From a virus (taxonomy: Duplodnaviria; Caudoviricetes): DNA of 25,805 nucleotides. Made by a program: the position numbers and the translations under genes. Below are positions 8,163 to 17,065 of the stretch, piece by piece. The DNA lies in the IMG/VR virus record IMGVR_UViG_3300035135_001292, positions 1 through 25,805 of that record, one strand, 5' to 3'. How positions within the stretch are numbered: the first letter of the stretch is position 1; the number at the start of each line of letters is the position of its first letter. Under the pieces are notes generated by a model. The model had not been told where the DNA came from and ran no database searches. It saw only the letters and a program-made list of their open reading frames with translations.

Positions 8163-11075
8163 GTGGCAATTAGCGCCGTAGTCGGATTAGTAACAGCGGT
8201 CGGTGCATCGATTGCGGTTCCGCTTGTATTCGGTGCTGCATATAGCATCACCGCGCTGGGGTTTGCTACTGCATTCGCCGTCGGCGCCGGCGTCTCTGCA
8301 ATATCAAAAGCGCTAGTGCCGAAACCTGACCTCGGCGCACAAATGCGCGGCACTACAGTCACCGCCCGCGACCCGGCGGGTCCCAGGAAAATTATTTATG
8401 GTGAGATGAGGGTCGGCGGGAATGTCGTGTTCATGCATCACTCTGGCACGGATAATGCTTACCTGCACCTGGTGGTGGCGTTCGCGACTCATGAGATCGA
8501 GTCTTATGAGGAAATTTGGTTTAACGACAATAAGATATGGGACGGCGGTTCATTCCAGGGCGATTGGGGCACCTATGTCACAGTCGATGTCACGAAGAAG
8601 GGAACCGCAACACAAACGGCCTCGAGCGGCCTGGTGAGCGATGTCACGGCCTGGACTAGCGATCACAAGCTATCAGGCATTGCATATATCGTATTCAAGC
8701 TAGAATGGAACCAGGACAAATTCCCCCAGGGCGTGCCCAATATCACGGCGCTGATTAAGGGTCGCAAGGTTTACGATCCGCGCACCTCGACGACAGCGTT
8801 TAGTAAAAACCCGGCATTGTGCGTGCGTGATTATTTGCTCGATACGAAATACGGCCTGGGCGAGGATGCAGCGAACATTGATAACGATGCAGTGATCGCT
8901 GCGGCGAATATATGCGACACGACTGGTGACTACTCTGACGCTTCCCAGGCGCGATATGAGTGCAATGGCTTGCTGCTCACGACTAATCAGCTCAAATCTA
9001 ACATCGAGCAGCTGCTCTCGAGCATGGGCGGTCGGCTCACTTACTCCGGCGGAAAATTCTACATTCAAGCCGCTGGCTATACGGCGCCGACGTTCTCATT
9101 CGATGAATCGAGTGTCATCAGTGAGATCAAAACGCAAACCAAGCAATCCAGGCGCACAATCTATAACGGCGTGAAGGGCACGTTCGTCTCCGAGGAAAAA
9201 AACTACAAGGTGATGGACTACCCGGCGCAGATACTCAAGACGACCGCCGGCAGTTTCGTCACTGGCACTAAATATAAAATTCTGTTTGTCGGCACGACTG
9301 ATTTTACTGCGATCGGAGCCGCTGCGAACGATGTCGGCGTCGAGTTCACTGCGACGGGTGCCGGCAGCGGTACAGGTACAGCATCAAAAACAATCATCGA
9401 GGATGGCGCTGAGATATATCTCGATATGCCGCTGCCGTTTGTAACAAACAACAAGCAGGCGCAGCGAATCGCCAAAATCGCAATGCTGAAATCTCGCCAG
9501 CAAGTGAACCTGGCGATGACAGTCAATATGTCAGCATTGAAAATCAAGGTCGGCGACACTGTGAACATCACGAATGCGCGCCTGGGGTACTCCGATAAAA
9601 TATTCGAGGTCATCGATTACGATTTCGCCATGAAGCCTGGCGGGGAATGTGGCGTTAATCTGAATCTGATCGAGACCGCATCATCGATTTATGATTGGAC
9701 AACCGCGGACGAAGAGGATTTTCTCGCTGGTGGAGAGCTCACGCTATACGACGGGCGCACGGTCGACGATGTCACCGGGCTCACATTAACTGAGGATTCG
9801 CTGCTCGGTCCCGATGGCACGCTAAAGTCGTCTGTAATTCTAAATTGGACAGCGCCCGATGATGCTTTCATCGATTTTTATAAAATCCGATATAACGAAA
9901 ACGGAACGACAAACTATTTCGAGATCGAGACTCGAGAGACGAATCTCGCGATTCAGAACCTCGATCGAACCGGCGGCAAAACCTATGATTTCCGCGTTCA
10001 AGTTCAGAATCTGCTCGGCGTTACTAGCTCGGGCGCCACATTAAGCAATCAGGCGCTAGGCGGTGACACGACGGCGCCTGATCCCGTTACTAATGTAAAC
10101 ATCGAAACCGGGCTCAAATACACGGTCACTGTTACCTGGGATAACCCATCAAACGCAGACCTGGCTTATATTCAGATCTATACCGATCCCAATGGATTAA
10201 CGAAGCCAGCCGATCCGATCGCAAAGGTAAACGGCACCGAGTATGTCTACGTGCCCAGGTCAAAAGCCGAATACAGTACGCGCCGATACTTTTGGCTCGA
10301 GGCTGTCGATTTTGCCGGCAATGTATCGACAACATCGGGGCCACATAATGAGGTTATATTGGTTCCGAAATCTGACGAGATCGATGGCGATGTCTCGGAG
10401 ATTGCAGGCGTTGGGATCGTCACCTTCCCAGCTCATACGGTGACCAGTAGTGCGACAACATTCGGCGAATTCACCGTCCCGGCGCCCGAGGACGGCGTGA
10501 AAAAATATGGCAGCCTGAGCGGCAATTTAAAATATACAGTCGACGCCTCGGTCGATACGTGTCTGCTAGTGCTCGACGTGCAGCGAGAGAGCAAGGGTGT
10601 CACGAGTGGCACTGAGATCGGCGCTATCGTAGCAAGCGGGACGATCACTCAATACTATTATTATGTCGAGGTTAGCGGCAATCACGTTAAAGAGATCGAT
10701 GGCTATGGCGGTATTGCCACGACCCAAACCAGCCCGAGCACTATCGAGAAACCGCTGTCGGTTGAGTACCAGGTCGCAACCGATCGAACAAGAGTCGTAT
10801 ACACCAGTCTCACGCAAAGCATCACGACGGGCACGCTTTACTATAACCCCGACCGATGGACATCATCAGGGAGTTATTTGAGCGACGGAGCAGGGCCTTA
10901 TAGGCCAATGATCCCGACTTTAGGCGCTGCCACGACGGTGACAATGCCTGTCAATTTACCATTAGCAAAAAGCGACGACGATGAGACTTATCGCGTGCGC
11001 GTCAATCACCTATTGAAAAGCAGCGGCACGCTCGGGTTAAATCAGCTAACAGCTCAGGTTTTTCTAATTGCGTGA
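8163..11075 (+). CDS. Central tail tip / host-specificity protein (gpJ-like) with fibronectin type III domains
   Basis: GAGGTG RBS, GTG start; RKIIYGE.RVGG, KGRKVYDPR, NPALCVRDYL; FN3-like LNWTAPDD...YDFRVQVQN and VTWDNPS...YFWLEAVD..GN.S. Confidence 0.88.
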   Translation: MAISAVVGLVTAVGASIAVPLVFGAAYSITALGFATAFAVGAGVSAISKALVPKPDLGAQMRGTTVTARDPAGPRKIIYGEMRVGGNVVFMHHSGTDNAYLHLVVAFATHEIESYEEIWFNDNKIWDGGSFQGDWGTYVTVDVTKKGTATQTASSGLVSDVTAWTSDHKLSGIAYIVFKLEWNQDKFPQGVPNITALIKGRKVYDPRTSTTAFSKNPALCVRDYLLDTKYGLGEDAANIDNDAVIAAANICDTTGDYSDASQARYECNGLLLTTNQLKSNIEQLLSSMGGRLTYSGGKFYIQAAGYTAPTFSFDESSVISEIKTQTKQSRRTIYNGVKGTFVSEEKNYKVMDYPAQILKTTAGSFVTGTKYKILFVGTTDFTAIGAAANDVGVEFTATGAGSGTGTASKTIIEDGAEIYLDMPLPFVTNNKQAQRIAKIAMLKSRQQVNLAMTVNMSALKIKVGDTVNITNARLGYSDKIFEVIDYDFAMKPGGECGVNLNLIETASSIYDWTTADEEDFLAGGELTLYDGRTVDDVTGLTLTEDSLLGPDGTLKSSVILNWTAPDDAFIDFYKIRYNENGTTNYFEIETRETNLAIQNLDRTGGKTYDFRVQVQNLLGVTSSGATLSNQALGGDTTAPDPVTNVNIETGLKYTVTVTWDNPSNADLAYIQIYTDPNGLTKPADPIAKVNGTEYVYVPRSKAEYSTRRYFWLEAVDFAGNVSTTSGPHNEVILVPKSDEIDGDVSEIAGVGIVTFPAHTVTSSATTFGEFTVPAPEDGVKKYGSLSGNLKYTVDASVDTCLLVLDVQRESKGVTSGTEIGAIVASGTITQYYYYVEVSGNHVKEIDGYGGIATTQTSPSTIEKPLSVEYQVATDRTRVVYTSLTQSITTGTLYYNPDRWTSSGSYLSDGAGPYRPMIPTLGAATTVTMPVNLPLAKSDDDETYRVRVNHLLKSSGTLGLNQLTAQVFLIA

Positions 11076-11082
11076 GGTTAAT

Positions 11083-11274
11083 ATGAGTATTGTGGCTGGA
11101 TATACCCGACTAACTGACGACGAGAATATTCCCCTGGGAACCTATAACAGCGTAGGCGCAGCCGAGGACGCGATCGAGGCTCACACCTCGGATGACGTCG
11201 CGACCTATTGGCTGGCGTCATTCATTCATGATGACACCGGGCTGCCGGAGATTTTTGCGTTTATTGATCCCTAG
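11083..11274 (+). CDS. Hypothetical protein (63 aa, acidic)
   Basis: GAGG RBS before ATG 11083; directly after the tail tip gene. Confidence 0.6.
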   Translation: MSIVAGYTRLTDDENIPLGTYNSVGAAEDAIEAHTSDDVATYWLASFIHDDTGLPEIFAFIDP

Positions 11275-11278
11275 TCGA

Positions 11279-11287
11279 TGATATAAT
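11279..11287 (+). promoter_or_regulatory. Putative extended -10 sigma70 promoter
   Basis: TG-A-TATAAT in the short intergenic gap before GAGGAGG RBS and ATG 11313; no well-spaced -35. Confidence 0.55.
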
Positions 11288-11312
11288 CGGCGCAACTGAG
11301 GAGGATTTTCGC

Positions 11313-11588
11313 ATGGCAAACCCATTCATTTATGAGAACGCCCCTAATCAGTCTGGCTTAGTGATTGACATGGTTGAAGTCACTGCGAGCGATAGCACTG
11401 ATAATGTCGGCAGCGGCAACATTGCAATCGGCTTGTATATTGAGGCAGGCGGTGATGTTGTGTTCTTAAACAAGGACGGCAACGAGCGCACTGTGACTGT
11501 TCCAGACTTCCACACTCTGACTTGTTCAGTAAAGCGTGTTAAGTCTACTGGAACCACAGCAACTGGCATTCACGCACTGGTAGTCTAA
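11313..11588 (+). CDS. Head spike base protein (RcGTA Rcc01079-like)
   Basis: 91 aa; VTASDSTD...GLYI..GGDVV...V.VP....L...VKRV.STGTTATGI.AL pattern recalled for this family. Confidence 0.72.
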   Translation: MANPFIYENAPNQSGLVIDMVEVTASDSTDNVGSGNIAIGLYIEAGGDVVFLNKDGNERTVTVPDFHTLTCSVKRVKSTGTTATGIHALVV

Positions 11589-11591
11589 GAC

Positions 11592-11909
11592 ATGGCAACG
11601 ATAACTCACAAACAGGGCGACACGCTTGAGTGGGTTATTTCGCTCACTGAGGGCGGCTCTGCCGTGGATATCTCTAACTGGAGTATCCGAGCGCAGATTC
11701 GTCAGAACGACACGCTGATTGCGACATTGACCGTGACTGTCACTAACGCGAGTGGCGGTGTGTTTAGTTTAACAGCATCGAAGACGGCGACAGATAGCTG
11801 GGCTGCTGGGACGCATTCCTGCGACATTGAGTTTACTGATGACAATACCGAAGTGTTTTCTACAGAGACTTTCTCAGTGACGATCATCGAGGATATCTCG
11901 CATGATTAG
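11592..11909 (+). CDS. Fibre attachment/adaptor beta-sandwich protein (BppU-N / T5 LtfC-like)
   Basis: QGDT, VDIS.WSIRAQIR, G.FSL...T..W..G...DIEF pattern. Confidence 0.6.
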   Translation: MATITHKQGDTLEWVISLTEGGSAVDISNWSIRAQIRQNDTLIATLTVTVTNASGGVFSLTASKTATDSWAAGTHSCDIEFTDDNTEVFSTETFSVTIIEDISHD

Positions 11910-12093
11910 CATCACGTCGCCAACACGTACAGCGTATTCCATATCTATCGAACAAGGGCAGACAGTTTCGGGCACTCTGTCGTTCTCTTCTCGCACAGTC
12001 AGCATTGTTCCTAAAGGCGGCGAGACTGTTAGCCTGGTAGAAGCAGTAACAGTCGATGGTGCTATACAGAATCAGCCCAAGGAGTCTAACTAA
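11902..12093 (+). CDS. Hypothetical beta-rich protein (63 aa)
   Basis: GAGGA RBS; overlaps both neighbours; Ser/Thr/Val/Ile-rich. Confidence 0.6.
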   Translation: MISITSPTRTAYSISIEQGQTVSGTLSFSSRTVSIVPKGGETVSLVEAVTVDGAIQNQPKESN

Positions 12094-15000
12094 TGGCTGT
12101 CAATATCGGTATTAACATTCAGCGAAGTCCTAACCGTATCAATCAGGAGCTTCGAGACGCTGCTGTATTGGGCAAGTTCCCCAAGCTATTCCTAGACTTC
12201 AAAGATGAGTATTACCTAGCCAATGGCGGCAGTAAGACATTCGCTAATGCAGTCACCCACGCCCGAGCTGGCAATGCCACTATGACGGACGGCTATGGGC
12301 CTGAGCTTATTGTCAATGGCTCTTATAGTGATGGAACTACGGGCTGGACAGCTAACGAAGGCTTTACTGTTAATAATGGCGTGGCAACGGTTACGACTAC
12401 AAGCGGAACTGTAGCGGCAAAAATTCAGCAGTCATTCGCAACTGAAGTCGGCAAAACTTATATTTTGACGCTTAATCTAATCGCTCGCGTTCCGTCGTTT
12501 AAGACATCCATCAATAGTTCAGGGTTCACAAATTCTGGTGATCTATACGCGGAAAACAATAATGTTTTAGGAAGGCAGTCTGTTGTCTTTACGGCAACAA
12601 CAACAACGACATATTTAGTGCTAATTGCCAATACCACCACGGCAGGTAAGTCAGTTAGCTTCGACAACGTAAGCGTCCGAGAGATGCCTGTTATTAAATG
12701 GGCACCGCATAATCTGCTGAGTTGCTCTGAAGATTTTACAAACGGGGCTTACAATAAAGCTGGCGCTGGCGTTACAGCAGATCAAGCTACTGCACCTGAT
12801 GGGACTACCACCGCAGACTTGCTAACATCATCTGACACAACAGCACAGCACCAAATACAAGCGCCGACTGTTTCTTTTGTTAGCGGCCAAAAATATACTA
12901 ACACTTGGTTTGTAAAAAGCGGAACACATGACTATGTGCAGGTTTTGTTTTTTACCGCAGGTTTTGGCTCTAATGCTTACGCAAATTTTGATCTATCAAC
13001 TGGGGCAACAGGTACAGTAGGCAGTTCTGCAACTGCGTCTATTACTGATATAGGCGGCGGCTTTTATAAACTTGAAGTAACAGCAGATGCTACAACAACA
13101 GCCACAACTAGAACGGCCTTAAATTTTATTACGTCTAGTACAGCATCAAGAAATGAGAGCTGGGACGCAGACGGCACTGAGACAGTTTACATCTGGGGCG
13201 CACACCTCTACCGCTCTGACTTAGGCGGCATGGTAGACAACCCTGAGCGTGGAGACTCATACGTTCCTACAGCTTTGCGTCCTTTTGGCCCTAACCTGAT
13301 TTCTAACGGAACCTTCGACACGGATACCACGGGCTGGGCAGGGTTGCTAGGCGCGTCACTTAGTGTTGTAAACGGTGCTTTGCGTGTTGCTGAAGATGGT
13401 AATGACGCAAGTACAGCGAGAGCGTATCAGTCATTCTCTACGGTGGTAGGAAAGCCATATGAAGTTAAAGTTGACTACGTTGGCGGCACAGGCGGATCAG
13501 GTGAAGTTTATATAAACAACAATACAAACTTCGGTGGCGCTCTTGTCTCTGATTCTTCGATAGTTGCTGGCACAACTGCTACGCTTTCGTTTGTGGCTAC
13601 AGCAACAACAACCTACATATTGTTAGGTGCTGGCCCTGCTTCTGAGTATAACGACTACGACAACATCAGTGTCCGCGAATCATCAGTAAATCCATCAGCC
13701 GCACGTTACCTCCCGCGCATAGGCCACCACGTCTACAACGGCTCTGCATGGGTTAACGAGGGCGTACTGGCTGAGTCTGAGTCTAGGACTAATGCGCTTA
13801 CATACTCTAATGAACTAACAAATGCGGCGTGGATTAAGAGTGTAAGCATTGCAGAGGTAGATGATAAGTACGGTTTTACTCTCTTTCGGACATATCAGGC
13901 TGGAACGGGTAGCTTCACCAACATACAGCAAGCTGGGCCGACAGTTCCTAATGATGGTTATGTCACGTTGTCGGCATACGTAAAAGGGGGTACATCTCCA
14001 CAAACGGCAATAAGGATTCAAGAAACAGCTAATACGGAGCGTTGCACACAGCCTATCAACTGGACTAACGGCGTTCCTTCTTTTGACACTGTAAGCAACA
14101 CAACCGATTTACAGTTATACAATAGAACCATTCAAGATGTAGGTGACGGACTATATCGCGTCTCAATCACGGCACAGAACACAACAGGCGCGTCAATTGG
14201 CACTGTCATGTACCACTATAATCAATGGAATGGAACATCAAACAGTCCAGACTCTTATGTAGGAGCAATGCAAGCCGAGCTTGGCGCAACACCTTCTAGC
14301 TTCATTCCTACGATTGGCTCTACGGTAACCAGAGCGGCTGAGACATTCACTATCCCATCAGCTAACCTACCGTGGCCTGAGCCGCAGTACATTGGTGACA
14401 ATGCAGTTACAAATGGGACGTTTGATACGGACAGCGATTGGACTAAGGGGGCTGGTTGGACGATCAGTGGTGGTGTTGCTTCGATTGTTAATCCCGCCAC
14501 CTCTAGTACATATATTCAGCAAGCCCTGCCGTCGATAACGCAAGGTGCTGTTTACGAGGTATCAGTAGACATAGCTAGTTTGGGTACTGGAGTTTTAGAA
14601 GTAAGACTTGGCTCAAACGCTACTGACGGTGGTGTTCTTGATTTTGCAAGTACAGGCACACAACTAAAAGCGGTTGGTAGTTGGACAGGTAACGGGACTA
14701 CATTGTTTATTCGTGGAACCAGCACGTCTGGAACGTACACTTTCGACAATATCAGCGTCCGCGAGGTTAACCCACTGGCTGTCTCTATCGGCATGGAAGG
14801 CAGGATTACTTATGCTGATAATGGTACTTATGATGAAGCTACTTTTGTTCGGTGGCGAGCTGATGCAGATAACTACATCGAAACAGATTTAAGTACAAAC
14901 TCTACAGATACAGGCAGGTTTTTCTTTAAGCAAGAAGAAGGAACCGTCTACGATTTTGTTTCATCAGCAACAACTTTGTATTCGCCTGATGTTTTGGTGC

Positions 15001-15287
15001 CGTTTAATTTTGCTCAAAGGAATGGATCGACGTTTGTCAACGGCGCGGCAGACGGCGTAGCACTAACAGCCGACACAACCCCTACGGCTCTCCCTGATCT
15101 CTCTAGCACTGACTTAAATCTAGCCTATGGCTACATGGGCACCATCTCAGAATTCAGAGTATGGGACAAAGACATCACCGATGACGGGCTTGTCGAAGCT
15201 ACTAACCCTGAATTAGAGCCATCCCTGTCGTTAGAATTCTCAGGCAGCGGTACAAACAGCTACGTTATTAATGACTGGAGTGAGTAA
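12093..15287 (+). CDS. Spike/fibre adhesin 1: tandem CBM-like jelly-roll modules plus LamG/ConA-like domain (head-spike-fibre family)
   Basis: AAGGAG RBS; three GxxLxxNGxF...DNxSVRE modules; two NLL.SE.F...GAQ.E..SYIPT-type modules; GVLAESESRTN motif; G.ISEFRVWDK.ITD terminus. Confidence 0.8.
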   Translation: MAVNIGINIQRSPNRINQELRDAAVLGKFPKLFLDFKDEYYLANGGSKTFANAVTHARAGNATMTDGYGPELIVNGSYSDGTTGWTANEGFTVNNGVATVTTTSGTVAAKIQQSFATEVGKTYILTLNLIARVPSFKTSINSSGFTNSGDLYAENNNVLGRQSVVFTATTTTTYLVLIANTTTAGKSVSFDNVSVREMPVIKWAPHNLLSCSEDFTNGAYNKAGAGVTADQATAPDGTTTADLLTSSDTTAQHQIQAPTVSFVSGQKYTNTWFVKSGTHDYVQVLFFTAGFGSNAYANFDLSTGATGTVGSSATASITDIGGGFYKLEVTADATTTATTRTALNFITSSTASRNESWDADGTETVYIWGAHLYRSDLGGMVDNPERGDSYVPTALRPFGPNLISNGTFDTDTTGWAGLLGASLSVVNGALRVAEDGNDASTARAYQSFSTVVGKPYEVKVDYVGGTGGSGEVYINNNTNFGGALVSDSSIVAGTTATLSFVATATTTYILLGAGPASEYNDYDNISVRESSVNPSAARYLPRIGHHVYNGSAWVNEGVLAESESRTNALTYSNELTNAAWIKSVSIAEVDDKYGFTLFRTYQAGTGSFTNIQQAGPTVPNDGYVTLSAYVKGGTSPQTAIRIQETANTERCTQPINWTNGVPSFDTVSNTTDLQLYNRTIQDVGDGLYRVSITAQNTTGASIGTVMYHYNQWNGTSNSPDSYVGAMQAELGATPSSFIPTIGSTVTRAAETFTIPSANLPWPEPQYIGDNAVTNGTFDTDSDWTKGAGWTISGGVASIVNPATSSTYIQQALPSITQGAVYEVSVDIASLGTGVLEVRLGSNATDGGVLDFASTGTQLKAVGSWTGNGTTLFIRGTSTSGTYTFDNISVREVNPLAVSIGMEGRITYADNGTYDEATFVRWRADADNYIETDLSTNSTDTGRFFFKQEEGTVYDFVSSATTLYSPDVLVPFNFAQRNGSTFVNGAADGVALTADTTPTALPDLSSTDLNLAYGYMGTISEFRVWDKDITDDGLVEATNPELEPSLSLEFSGSGTNSYVINDWSE

Positions 15288-17065
15288 TGGGAACAAAGAC
15301 GTATAACAACTACCAGGATTTAATTACATTCAGTCGAGCCTCTGGAGGCCATGCGCTTCGCCCTGTTAGCTATGGGACTGAGCTTGTAACGAATGGAGAT
15401 TTCGCGACAGACAGTGATTGGACGAAACAAATAGGCTGGACTATTAGCGGTGGTAGTGCCTCATGCGATGGGAGTGGCACAGGTAATTCTTATATACAGC
15501 AAGAAATTTTAGGCGCAAGAAGAGACGGAACAGTTTATTTAATAGAGTTCGATGTTATCGCCAAAACTGGAGGCAGTGACATTCTTGTGTTTTTTGGGAG
15601 TGGATCAAGCTCATCAATAAGCGATGGAAACAGCACTGGCAGAAAAAGTGTTGCTCGTTTGTTAGAAGGAACTAATGATCGTCTTTATATAGGCTGTCCC
15701 AGCGGTAACACTCTTACCATCGACAACGTATCCGTCAAAGAAGTCACCTTTGATGAAGTAGGCGGACGACTAACCCTATTCGAGCATCCAGATAATATCC
15801 CGCGCATCGAGTATGCCCTGAACGATAGTAAAGAGCGTTTTGAAAACATTGACGATCAGATATTGAAAGCAGCAGTAGGCACAGAGCCACAAGCCACAGA
15901 ATTTGATGTCCTAGTAGGTGGCCGCAAAATTGGCGACATTACAAACAACGGTGATGTTAGCGCGTTTGATGCGAGTCAATACCTTGGTTGGCTTTCTGGG
16001 AGCCTAACTAATCAAACCTACATTGATTACATTGAAGACGTTCTGAATCCCTACATTGAAGCTAATCTTGATAAGTACATTCTGCCATATCCCGAGGGTG
16101 TAGATAGGCTAGGTTTGCTGGTGGAGGAATCTAGGACTAATAGCGTTACTTACAGCGAAGACTTTACACAATGGAATTTAAGTGCAAACGCAACGAGAAC
16201 ATTTGTAAGTGACGTTTCAGCACCTAACGGCGTTCAAGGCGTTTATAAGCTGGCTTCGGACGGTGGTGCTAATCCCTATGTTTACTTGACAAGCGTTGGC
16301 GTTAACGGACAGCACAAGTCAATTTGGGCTAGAACTGTGTCTGGCGCAGGTAGTGTTGCCCTAATGTCCCATCATTCCGTATCAGCGGCAGAGTTCAATT
16401 TAACAGAAAAATGGCAAAGGTTTGACATTGCTGTTGATGTATCAGAAGTAGGTGGCGGAAATTTTTACGCTGTCGATTTTCGGGCTGGTGACTTAACAGA
16501 AATTTACGTTTGGGGCGCTCAACTCGAAACAGGTGCATTCCCCACAAGCTACATCAAGACTACAGGAAGCTCAGCAACACGCTCTGCCGATGTAGCTACT
16601 CTTAACACGAGCGAATTTGGATTTAATGCTAAAAATTTTACGATTCTTTGCGAGTGGGACACCAATATTCCCGCCCCTGTTCAATGGCCTACATATACAA
16701 AGATATTTAGCATTAGTGATGCAGACGGCACAGAAAATGTATCTATTGTTGGTAGTCAAGGGTATGCCTCTGTTTACGGCGCAGTTTATACAGATGGTAT
16801 ACACGAGGTAACCTATTCTGCATTTCAAACAGACGGCAATTTAGAAAAAACAGCCTTTAGAGTCGGTACGGATACTTTTTTGATGGCAAATGATGGAACG
16901 CTATTAACAGAAGACACGAGCGTTAATATGCCTACTTTGATAGATCGTATGGGTATTGGCTTAAATGGCGGGAACCTAACTCAACACCTTAATGGCTATG
17001 TAAAATCCATCAAATACTACCCACGTCGCCTGACTGACGCACAACTACAGGAAATCACATCATGA
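15287..17065 (+). CDS. Spike/fibre adhesin 2: CBM-like modules plus LamG/ConA-like domain
   Basis: GGAG RBS, TAATG overlap; ITFSRAS, PRIEY, GLLVEESRTN, WGAQLETGAFPTSYIKT, LNGYVKSIKYYPRRLTDAQLQEIT. Confidence 0.82.
   Translation: MGTKTYNNYQDLITFSRASGGHALRPVSYGTELVTNGDFATDSDWTKQIGWTISGGSASCDGSGTGNSYIQQEILGARRDGTVYLIEFDVIAKTGGSDILVFFGSGSSSSISDGNSTGRKSVARLLEGTNDRLYIGCPSGNTLTIDNVSVKEVTFDEVGGRLTLFEHPDNIPRIEYALNDSKERFENIDDQILKAAVGTEPQATEFDVLVGGRKIGDITNNGDVSAFDASQYLGWLSGSLTNQTYIDYIEDVLNPYIEANLDKYILPYPEGVDRLGLLVEESRTNSVTYSEDFTQWNLSANATRTFVSDVSAPNGVQGVYKLASDGGANPYVYLTSVGVNGQHKSIWARTVSGAGSVALMSHHSVSAAEFNLTEKWQRFDIAVDVSEVGGGNFYAVDFRAGDLTEIYVWGAQLETGAFPTSYIKTTGSSATRSADVATLNTSEFGFNAKNFTILCEWDTNIPAPVQWPTYTKIFSISDADGTENVSIVGSQGYASVYGAVYTDGIHEVTYSAFQTDGNLEKTAFRVGTDTFLMANDGTLLTEDTSVNMPTLIDRMGIGLNGGNLTQHLNGYVKSIKYYPRRLTDAQLQEITS

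Noticed and set aside
15270-15295. Programmed frameshift fusing fibre 1 and fibre 2
   Set aside because: No slippery heptamer; the fibre 2 frame has TGA at 15281-15283 just upstream; an RBS and TAATG coupling explain the junction
12093-17065. Diversity-generating retroelement or invertible shufflon acting on the fibres
   Set aside because: No reverse transcriptase, no near-identical TR/VR pair differing at adenines, and no invertase or inverted crossover sites seen in the window
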